Source: Azolla caroliniana (lineage: Eukaryota > Plantae > Polypodiophyta). Taken from it: a stretch of 17,253 bases of DNA. Below the pieces are notes generated by a model. The model saw only the letters and a program-made list of their open reading frames with translations, ran no database searches and was not told where the DNA came from. The stretch spans positions 1 to 17,253 of the forward strand of contig JBHGNT010000703.1 in assembly GCA_043228905.1 (NCBI GenBank). Reading direction: 5' to 3'. A program made the position numbers and the translations under genes. Of this stretch, positions 8,085 through 17,253 are shown one piece after another. Numbering within the stretch: the first letter of the stretch is position 1; each line of letters begins with the position of its first letter.

Positions 8085-8870
8085 ATGGCAAAGCTTACTT
8101 CCGTATTCCTCATGGCCGTGATCATGCTCGCCGCGTGTACCGCGGCCAATGCTAGGTCTGTAGGGCGGGACCGTGAAGAGGAGCGACGCGATCGACGTCG
8201 TGAGGGAGACATTGACGAGGAGAGGCGCGATCGACGCCGAGAGGGGGAGTGCGATGACGAGAGGCGCGAGCGACGTCGTGAGGGGTTCCTTGAGGAGGGG
8301 CGCCGCTACAGAGACAACAAGAGAGACTCCGAAGAGGAAAGGGAACGTCGTAGCCGTGGTCGCGATGAGCCACGTGACGAGGAACTGAGGCGAGAGTGCG
8401 GTGATTTCATCGACAAGCAGATCCGAGAGCTACAAGAGCGCTCCGAAAGAGAGGAAGGTGAACAAGGACGTCGCTCCCCATGGATCGAAAACACTCGATA
8501 CTCAAGACCCTCGGAACGGTGCTGCAGGAACGTCGAACGAATCCCCGCCGAAGATCGATGCGATCGCCTACGTGATGCCTTGTATGCTGACGAGGAGGAA
8601 CGACGCAATGATGAAGGCCGACGCCATGGCCAACAATCAAGGGAACACCGTAGCTGGGAGGAAGAGGACGAGGAGCGCGAGAGAGATAGCAGCCGTGAGC
8701 GACGAGAGGGTGACGAACGCCGCCACCGCATGTCTCGACGACAAGAGGACGAACGTCAACAACGTCGCCAATTCAAGGCCGATGACGAGGAAAGAGCTCT
8801 AGGCGTCGCCGCCTCCCGCCTACTCCAACAGTGCGATCTTCGCCCTCGTGCTTGTATTCGTCGCTCCTAA
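8085..8870 (+). CDS. 2S albumin-like Arg/Glu-rich storage protein precursor, copy ending RRS
   Basis: Translation identical to 1465..2250. Confidence 0.88.
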   Translation: MAKLTSVFLMAVIMLAACTAANARSVGRDREEERRDRRREGDIDEERRDRRREGECDDERRERRREGFLEEGRRYRDNKRDSEEERERRSRGRDEPRDEELRRECGDFIDKQIRELQERSEREEGEQGRRSPWIENTRYSRPSERCCRNVERIPAEDRCDRLRDALYADEEERRNDEGRRHGQQSREHRSWEEEDEERERDSSRERREGDERRHRMSRRQEDERQQRRQFKADDEERALGVAASRLLQQCDLRPRACIRRS

Positions 8871-9739
8871 ATAGTACATAAACCTTGTTCAAATTATTCT
8901 CGTGGTCTCTCTCTAATTTCTCGTAAGTGTTTACGAACAAGTGCGTCTCCCCAATCGCGCATTACACCCACACGAACGTAAACACGAGCACCAACGTCCC
9001 TCCAACACGAACGTAAACACGAGCACCAACGCATAGAATTTGCCTATAGGGACCGCAAACCACCCAAACGGAAAAAAAAACATCAAAGCAGGACACCCAT
9101 ACCGCACACGCCACGGCAACGGCTAAGGCTAAGGTCAACTTGTACACGCGGCGAATGTGAACTTGCTTCCACACTTGCCCGATAGGACACTCCTAGTGTG
9201 GTAGTCCGGTTAGCTTTCCTTGTCGTCGTCGTTACCAACCCCTCGTCCGTCCGAACGAGCGAGTACGGACACCGGTCTATCTACGTTCATCGATGTAGCA
9301 CACTCGGGAGCCACCACTCGTCCCGCAGTAGCCTCCGCGTGCTTAGTGTCTCGGCACTAGCGCGTTCTAGTTTAATGTGCACGTGCCCGCACACCCCTAC
9401 GCGCACGCGCGAGTGCGCACATTTACCTATGTATGTATAAATGTTATGTTGCTCGACAAGCTCTCGCGCGAGGAGGAGGAGTACCCGCTACAGGTTGCGC
9501 CCAGATTGTCTGGTGACAATACGACACCTAGGACTAGCCTAGACGTGTGGGAGGGTGGACTAGTTGGTATGGGTCTTGGGCAAGAGTTGTACGCAGGACA
9601 CACACGTTATGGTAATGGGAGTGGTGAGTGACATGCATGTGCTCTGATTGCATGGCCATGTGTATATATTAAAGGTGGAGGGAGCAATGTCAATACAATC
9701 CATTAGGAGACAAGCACCGGGATCATAAGGACAATCGCA

Positions 9740-10525
9740 ATGGCAAAGCTTACTTCCGTATTCCTCATGGCCGTGATCATGCTCGCCGCGTGTACCGCGG
9801 CCAATGCTAGGTCTGTAGGGCGGGACCGTGAAGAGGAGCGACGCGATCGACGTCGTGAGGGAGACATTGACGAGGAGAGGCGCGATCGACGCCGAGAGGG
9901 GGAGTGCGATGACGAGAGGCGCGAGCGACGTCGTGAGGGGTTCCTTGAGGAGGGGCGCCGCTACAGAGACAACAAGAGAGACTCCGAAGAGGAAAGGGAA
10001 CGTCGTAGCCGTGGTCGCGATGAGCCACGTGACGAGGAACTGAGGCGAGAGTGCGGTGATTTCATCGACAAGCAGATCCGAGAGCTACAAGAGCGCTCCG
10101 AAAGAGAGGAAGGTGAACAAGGACGTCGCTCCCCATGGATCGAAAACACTCGATACTCAAGACCCTCGGAACGGTGCTGCAGGAACGTCGAACGAATCCC
10201 CGCCGAAGATCGATGCGATCGCCTACGTGATGCCTTGTATGCTGACGAGGAGGAACGACGCAATGATGAAGGCCGACGCCATGGCCAACAATCAAGGGAA
10301 CACCGTAGCTGGGAGGAAGAGGACGAGGAGCGCGAGAGAGATAGCAGCCGTGAGCGACGAGAGGGTGACGAACGCCGCCACCGCATGTCTCGACGACAAG
10401 AGGACGAACGTCAACAACGTCGCCAATTCAAGGCCGATGACGAGGAAAGAGCTCTAGGCGTCGCCGCCTCCCGCCTACTCCAACAGTGCGATCTTCGCCC
10501 TCGTGCTTGTATTCGTCGCTCCTAA
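9740..10525 (+). CDS. 2S albumin-like Arg/Glu-rich storage protein precursor, last copy ending RRS
   Basis: Translation identical to 1465..2250. Confidence 0.88.
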   Translation: MAKLTSVFLMAVIMLAACTAANARSVGRDREEERRDRRREGDIDEERRDRRREGECDDERRERRREGFLEEGRRYRDNKRDSEEERERRSRGRDEPRDEELRRECGDFIDKQIRELQERSEREEGEQGRRSPWIENTRYSRPSERCCRNVERIPAEDRCDRLRDALYADEEERRNDEGRRHGQQSREHRSWEEEDEERERDSSRERREGDERRHRMSRRQEDERQQRRQFKADDEERALGVAASRLLQQCDLRPRACIRRS

Positions 10526-11394
10526 ATAGTACATAAACCTTGTTCAAATTATTCTCGTGGTCTCTCTCTAATTTCTCGTAAGTGTTTACGAACAAGTGCG
10601 TCTCCCCAATCGCGCATTACACCCACACGAACGTAAACACGAGCACCAACGTCCCTCCAACACGAACGTAAACACGAGCACCAACGCATAGAATTTGCCT
10701 ATAGGGACCGCAAACCACCCAAACGGAAAAAAAAACATCAAAGCAGGACACCCATACCGCACACGCCACGGCAACGGCTAAGGCTAAGGTCAACTTGTAC
10801 ACGCGGCGAATGTGAACTTGCTTCCACACTTGCCCGATAGGACACTCCTAGTGTGGTAGTCCGGTTAGCTTTCCTTGTCGTCGTCGTTACCAACCCCTCG
10901 TCCGTCCGAACGAGCGAGTACGGACACCGGTCTATCTACGTTCATCGATGTAGCACACTCGGGAGCCACCACTCGTCCCGCAGTAGCCTCCGCGTGCTTA
11001 GTGTCTCGGCACTAGAGCGTTCTAGTTTAATGTGCACGTGCCCGCACACCCCTACGCGCACGCGCGAGTGCGCACATTTACCTATGTATGTATAAATGTT
11101 ATGTTGCTCGACAAGCTCTCGCGCGAGGAGGAGGAGTACCCGCTACAGGTTGCGCCCAGATTGTCTGGTGACAATACGACACCTAGGACTAGCCTAGACG
11201 TGTGGGAGGGTGGACTAGTTGGTATGGGTCTTGGGCAAGAGTTGTACGCAGGACACACACGTTATGGTAATGGGAGTGGTGAGTGACATGCATGTGCTCT
11301 GATTGCATGGCCATGTGTATATATTAAAGGTGGAGGGAGCAATGTCAATACAATCCATTAGGAGACAAGCACCGGGATCATAAGGACAATCGCA

Positions 11395-12180
11395 ATGGCA
11401 AAGCTTACTTCCGTATTCCTCATGGCCGTGATCATGCTCGCCGCGTGTACCGCGGCCAATGCTAGGTCTGTAGGGCGGGACCGTGAAGAGGAGCGACGCG
11501 ATCGACGTCGTGAGGGAGACATTGACGAGGAGAGGCGCGATCGACGCCGAGAGGGGGAGTGCGATGACGAGAGGCGCGAGCGACGTCGTGAGGGGTTCCT
11601 TGAGGAGGGGCGCCGCTACAGAGACAACAAGAGAGACTCCGAAGAGGAAAGGGAACGTCGTAGCCGTGGTCGCGATGAGCCACGTGACGAGGAACTGAGG
11701 CGAGAGTGCGGTGATTTCATCGACAAGCAGATCCGAGAGCTACAAGAGCGCTCCGAAAGAGAGGAAGGTGAACAAGGACGTCGCTCCCCATGGATCGAAA
11801 ACACTCGATACTCAAGACCCTCGGAACGGTGCTGCAGGAACGTCGAACGAATCCCCGCCGAAGATCGATGCGATCGCCTACGTGATGCCTTGTATGCTGA
11901 CGAGGAGGAACGACGCAATGATGAAGGCCGACGCCATGGCCAACAATCAAGGGAACACCGTAGCTGGGAGGAAGAGGACGAGGAGCGCGAGAGAGATAGC
12001 AGCCGTGAGCGACGAGAGGGTGACGAACGCCGCCACCGCATGTCTCGACGACAAGAGGACGAACGTCAACAACGTCGCCAATTCAAGGCCGATGACGAGG
12101 AAAGAGCTCTAGGCGTCGCCGCCTCCCGCCTACTCCAACAGTGCGATCTTCGCCCTCGTGCTTGTATTCGTCGCTTCTAA
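11395..12180 (+). CDS. 2S albumin-like Arg/Glu-rich storage protein precursor, S261F variant (ends RRF)
   Basis: Same translation except the last codon, TCC>TTC (T at 12176). Confidence 0.88.
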   Translation: MAKLTSVFLMAVIMLAACTAANARSVGRDREEERRDRRREGDIDEERRDRRREGECDDERRERRREGFLEEGRRYRDNKRDSEEERERRSRGRDEPRDEELRRECGDFIDKQIRELQERSEREEGEQGRRSPWIENTRYSRPSERCCRNVERIPAEDRCDRLRDALYADEEERRNDEGRRHGQQSREHRSWEEEDEERERDSSRERREGDERRHRMSRRQEDERQQRRQFKADDEERALGVAASRLLQQCDLRPRACIRRF

Positions 12181-13049
12181 ATAGTACATAAACCTTGTTC
12201 AAATTATTCTCGTGGTCTCTCTCTAATTTCTCGTAAGTGTTTACGAACAAGTGCGTCTCCCCAATCGCGCATTACACCCACACGAACGTAAACACGAGCA
12301 CCAACGTCCCTCCAACACGAACGTAAACACGAGCACCAACGCATAGAATTTGCCTATAGGGACCGCAAACCACCCAAACGGAAAAAAAAACATCAAAGCA
12401 GGACACCCATACCGCACACGCCACGGCAACGGCTAAGGCTAAGGTCAACTTGTACACGCGGCGAATGTGAACTTGCTTCCACACTTGCCCGATAGGACAC
12501 TCCTAGTGTGGTAGTCCGGTTAGCTTTCCTTGTCGTCGTCGTTACCAACCCCTCGTCCGTCCGAACGAGCGAGTACGGACACCGGTCTATCTACGTTCAT
12601 CGATGTAGCACACTCGGGAGCCACCACTCGTCCCGCAGTAGCCTCCGCGTGCTTAGTGTCTCGGCACTAGCGCGTTCTAGTTTAATGTGCACGTGCCCGC
12701 ACACCCCTACGCGCACGCGCGAGTGCGCACATTTACCTATGTATGTATAAATGTTATGTTGCTCGACAAGCTCTCGCGCGAGGAGGAGGAGTACCCGCTA
12801 CAGGTTGCGCCCAGATTGTCTGGTGACAATACGACACCTAGGACTAGCCTAGACGTGTGGGAGGGTGGACTAGTTGGTATGGGTCTTGGGCAAGAGTTGT
12901 ACGCAGGACACACACGTTATGGTAATGGGAGTGGTGAGTGACATGCATGTGCTCTGATTGCATGGCCATGTGTATATATTAAAGGTGGAGGGAGCAATGT
13001 CAATACAATCCATTAGGAGACAAGCACCGGGATCATAAGGACAATCGCA

Positions 13050-13835
13050 ATGGCAAAGCTTACTTCCGTATTCCTCATGGCCGTGATCATGCTCGCCGCG
13101 TGTACCGCGGCCAATGCTAGGTCTGTAGGGCGGGACCGTGAAGAGGAGCGACGCGATCGACGTCGTGAGGGAGACATTGACGAGGAGAGGCGCGATCGAC
13201 GCCGAGAGGGGGAGTGCGATGACGAGAGGCGCGAGCGACGTCGTGAGGGGTTCCTTGAGGAGGGGCGCCGCTACAGAGACAACAAGAGAGACTCCGAAGA
13301 GGAAAGGGAACGTCGTAGCCGTGGTCGCGATGAGCCACGTGACGAGGAACTGAGGCGAGAGTGCGGTGATTTCATCGACAAGCAGATCCGAGAGCTACAA
13401 GAGCGCTCCGAAAGAGAGGAAGGTGAACAAGGACGTCGCTCCCCATGGATCGAAAACACTCGATACTCAAGACCCTCGGAACGGTGCTGCAGGAACGTCG
13501 AACGAATCCCCGCCGAAGATCGATGCGATCGCCTACGTGATGCCTTGTATGCTGACGAGGAGGAACGACGCAATGATGAAGGCCGACGCCATGGCCAACA
13601 ATCAAGGGAACACCGTAGCTGGGAGGAAGAGGACGAGGAGCGCGAGAGAGATAGCAGCCGTGAGCGACGAGAGGGTGACGAACGCCGCCACCGCATGTCT
13701 CGACGACAAGAGGACGAACGTCAACAACGTCGCCAATTCAAGGCCGATGACGAGGAAAGAGCTCTAGGCGTCGCCGCCTCCCGCCTACTCCAACAGTGCG
13801 ATCTTCGCCCTCGTGCTTGTATTCGTCGCTTCTAA
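13050..13835 (+). CDS. 2S albumin-like Arg/Glu-rich storage protein precursor, S261F variant
   Basis: Last codon TTC (T at 13831). Confidence 0.88.
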   Translation: MAKLTSVFLMAVIMLAACTAANARSVGRDREEERRDRRREGDIDEERRDRRREGECDDERRERRREGFLEEGRRYRDNKRDSEEERERRSRGRDEPRDEELRRECGDFIDKQIRELQERSEREEGEQGRRSPWIENTRYSRPSERCCRNVERIPAEDRCDRLRDALYADEEERRNDEGRRHGQQSREHRSWEEEDEERERDSSRERREGDERRHRMSRRQEDERQQRRQFKADDEERALGVAASRLLQQCDLRPRACIRRF

Positions 13836-14704
13836 ATAGTACATAAACCTTGTTCAAATTATTCTCGTGGTCTCTCTCTAATTTCTCGTAAGTGTTTACG
13901 AACAAGTGCGTCTCCCCAATCGCGCATTACACCCACACGAACGTAAACACGAGCACCAACGTCCCTCCAACACGAACGTAAACACGAGCACCAACGCATA
14001 GAATTTGCCTATAGGGACCGCAAACCACCCAAACGGAAAAAAAAACATCAAAGCAGGACACCCATACCGCACACGCCACGGCAACGGCTAAGGCTAAGGT
14101 CAACTTGTACACGCGGCGAATGTGAACTTGCTTCCACACTTGCCCGATAGGACACTCCTAGTGTGGTAGTCCGGTTAGCTTTCCTTGTCGTCGTCGTTAC
14201 CAACCCCTCGTCCGTCCGAACGAGCGAGTACGGACACCGGTCTATCTACGTTCATCGATGTAGCACACTCGGGAGCCACCACTCGTCCCGCAGTAGCCTC
14301 CGCGTGCTTAGTGTCTCGGCACTAGCGCGTTCTAGTTTAATGTGCACGTGCCCGCACACCCCTACGCGCACGCGCGAGTGCGCACATTTACCTATGTATG
14401 TATAAATGTTATGTTGCTCGACAAGCTCTCGCCCGAGGAGGAGGAGTACCCGCTACAGGTTGCGCCCAGATTGTCTGGTGACAATACGACACCTAGGACT
14501 AGCCTAGACGTGTGGGAGGGTGGACTAGTTGGTATGGGTCTTGGGCAAGAGTTGTACGCAGGACACACACGTTATGGTAATGGGAGTGGTGAGTGACATG
14601 CATGTGCTCTGATTGCATGGCCATGTGTATATATTAAAGGTGGAGGGAGCAATGTCAATACAATCCATTAGGAGACAAGCACCGGGATCATAAGGACAAT
14701 CGCA

Positions 14705-15490
14705 ATGGCAAAGCTTACTTCCGTATTCCTCATGGCCGTGATCATGCTCGCCGCGTGTACCGCGGCCAATGCTAGGTCTGTAGGGCGGGACCGTGAAGAG
14801 GAGCGACGCGATCGACGTCGTGAGGGAGACATTGACGAGGAGAGGCGCGATCGACGCCGAGAGGGGGAGTGCGATGACGAGAGGCGCGAGCGACGTCGTG
14901 AGGGGTTCCTTGAGGAGGGGCGCCGCTACAGAGACAACAAGAGAGACTCCGAAGAGGAAAGGGAACGTCGTAGCCGTGGTCGCGATGAGCCACGTGACGA
15001 GGAACTGAGGCGAGAGTGCGGTGATTTCATCGACAAGCAGATCCGAGAGCTACAAGAGCGCTCCGAAAGAGAGGAAGGTGAACAAGGACGTCGCTCCCCA
15101 TGGATCGAAAACACTCGATACTCAAGACCCTCGGAACGGTGCTGCAGGAACGTCGAACGAATCCCCGCCGAAGATCGATGCGATCGCCTACGTGATGCCT
15201 TGTATGCTGACGAGGAGGAACGACGCAATGATGAAGGCCGACGCCATGGCCAACAATCAAGGGAACACCGTAGCTGGGAGGAAGAGGACGAGGAGCGCGA
15301 GAGAGATAGCAGCCGTGAGCGACGAGAGGGTGACGAACGCCGCCACCGCATGTCTCGACGACAAGAGGACGAACGTCAACAACGTCGCCAATTCAAGGCC
15401 GATGACGAGGAAAGAGCTCTAGGCGTCGCCGCCTCCCGCCTACTCCAACAGTGCGATCTTCGCCCTCGTGCTTGTATTCGTCGCTTCTAA
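14705..15490 (+). CDS. 2S albumin-like Arg/Glu-rich storage protein precursor, S261F variant
   Basis: Last codon TTC (T at 15486). Confidence 0.88.
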   Translation: MAKLTSVFLMAVIMLAACTAANARSVGRDREEERRDRRREGDIDEERRDRRREGECDDERRERRREGFLEEGRRYRDNKRDSEEERERRSRGRDEPRDEELRRECGDFIDKQIRELQERSEREEGEQGRRSPWIENTRYSRPSERCCRNVERIPAEDRCDRLRDALYADEEERRNDEGRRHGQQSREHRSWEEEDEERERDSSRERREGDERRHRMSRRQEDERQQRRQFKADDEERALGVAASRLLQQCDLRPRACIRRF

Positions 15491-16359
15491 ATAGTACATA
15501 AACCTTGTTCAAATTATTCTCGTGGTCTCTCTCTAATTTCTCGTAAGTGTTTACGAACAAGTGCGTCTCCCCAATCGCGCATTACACCCACACGAACGTA
15601 AACACGAGCACCAACGTCCCTCCAACACGAACGTAAACACGAGCACCAACGCATAGAATTTGCCTATAGGGACCGCAAACCACCCAAACGGAAAAAAAAA
15701 CATCAAAGCAGGACACCCATACCGCACACGCCACGGCAACGGCTAAGGCTAAGGTCAACTTGTACACGCGGCGAATGTGAACTTGCTTCCACACTTGCCC
15801 GATAGGACACTCCTAGTGTGGTAGTCCGGTTAGCTTTCCTTGTCGTCGTCGTTACCAACCCCTCGTCCGTCCGAACGAGCGAGTACGGACACCGGTCTAT
15901 CTACGTTCATCGATGTAGCACACTCGGGAGCCACCACTCGTCCCGCAGTAGCCTCCGCGTGCTTAGTGTCTCGGCACTAGCGCGTTCTAGTTTAATGTGC
16001 ACGTGCCCGCACACCCCTACGCGCACGCGCGAGTGCGCACATTTACCTATGTATGTATAAATGTTATGTTGCTCGACAAGCTCTCGCGCGAGGAGGAGGA
16101 GTACCCGCTACAGGTTGCGCCCAGATTGTCTGGTGACAATACGACACCTAGGACTAGCCTAGACGTGTGGGAGGGTGGACTAGTTGGTATGGGTCTTGGG
16201 CAAGAGTTGTACGCAGGACACACACGTTATGGTAATGGGAGTGGTGAGTGACATGCATGTGCTCTGATTGCATGGCCATGTGTATATATTAAAGGTGGAG
16301 GGAGCAATGTCAATACAATCCATTAGGAGACAAGCACCGGGATCATAAGGACAATCGCA

Positions 16360-17145
16360 ATGGCAAAGCTTACTTCCGTATTCCTCATGGCCGTGATCAT
16401 GCTCGCCGCGTGTACCGCGGCCAATGCTAGGTCTGTAGGGCGGGACCGTGAAGAGGAGCGACGCGATCGACGTCGTGAGGGAGACATTGACGAGGAGAGG
16501 CGCGATCGACGCCGAGAGGGGGAGTGCGATGACGAGAGGCGCGAGCGACGTCGTGAGGGGTTCCTTGAGGAGGGGCGCCGCTACAGAGACAACAAGAGAG
16601 ACTCCGAAGAGGAAAGGGAACGTCGTAGCCGTGGTCGCGATGAGCCACGTGACGAGGAACTGAGGCGAGAGTGCGGTGATTTCATCGACAAGCAGATCCG
16701 AGAGCTACAAGAGCGCTCCGAAAGAGAGGAAGGTGAACAAGGACGTCGCTCCCCATGGATCGAAAACACTCGATACTCAAGACCCTCGGAACGGTGCTGC
16801 AGGAACGTCGAACGAATCCCCGCCGAAGATCGATGCGATCGCCTACGTGATGCCTTGTATGCTGACGAGGAGGAACGACGCAATGATGAAGGCCGACGCC
16901 ATGGCCAACAATCAAGGGAACACCGTAGCTGGGAGGAAGAGGACGAGGAGCGCGAGAGAGATAGCAGCCGTGAGCGACGAGAGGGTGACGAACGCCGCCA
17001 CCGCATGTCTCGACGACAAGAGGACGAACGTCAACAACGTCGCCAATTCAAGGCCGATGACGAGGAAAGAGCTCTAGGCGTCGCCGCCTCCCGCCTACTC
17101 CAACAGTGCGATCTTCGCCCTCGTGCTTGTATTCGTCGCTTCTAA
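16360..17145 (+). CDS. 2S albumin-like Arg/Glu-rich storage protein precursor, S261F variant
   Basis: Last codon TTC (T at 17141). Confidence 0.88.
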   Translation: MAKLTSVFLMAVIMLAACTAANARSVGRDREEERRDRRREGDIDEERRDRRREGECDDERRERRREGFLEEGRRYRDNKRDSEEERERRSRGRDEPRDEELRRECGDFIDKQIRELQERSEREEGEQGRRSPWIENTRYSRPSERCCRNVERIPAEDRCDRLRDALYADEEERRNDEGRRHGQQSREHRSWEEEDEERERDSSRERREGDERRHRMSRRQEDERQQRRQFKADDEERALGVAASRLLQQCDLRPRACIRRF

Positions 17146-17253
17146 ATAGTACATAAACCTTGTTCAAATTATTCTCGTGGTCTCTCTCTAATTTCTCGTA
17201 AGTGTTTACGAACAAGTGCGTCTCCCCAATCGCGCATTACACCCACACGAACG

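Larger units (their letters stand above)
1..17253 (+). repeat. Head-to-tail tandem array of a 1,655-bp unit (gene plus spacer), about 10.4 copies, open at both window ends
   Basis: Every ORF recurs at exact 1,655-bp offsets (ATGs at 1465, 3120, 4775, 6430, 8085, 9740, 11395, 13050, 14705, 16360). No net length change between units; only three variant sites seen. Confidence 0.99.

Overview
The whole window is a head-to-tail tandem array of a 1,655-bp unit, about 10.4 copies, running off both ends. Each unit holds one intronless + strand gene (786 bp, 261 aa) and an 869-bp spacer with its own plant-type promoter (RY box CATGCATG, G-box/ABRE-like cores, TATA). The protein has a signal peptide, is extremely Arg/Glu/Asp-rich and has a C...CC...C...C...C skeleton. 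It is best read as a divergent 2S albumin-like (prolamin superfamily) seed or spore storage protein; its PSERCC motif recalls conifer 2S albumins from memory, so a non-angiosperm origin is possible but unverified. By eye the copies differ at only three sites, in patterns suggesting very recent amplification and unequal crossover or gene conversion. Most notable: (i) an rDNA-like homogenised array of a storage-protein gene, (ii) apparent coordinated loss of the C1-C5 disulfide plus one extra Cys inside an internal repeat, (iii) large charge-balanced Arg-rich insertions, (iv) a block-wise C-terminal Ser/Phe switch. No database searches were run.
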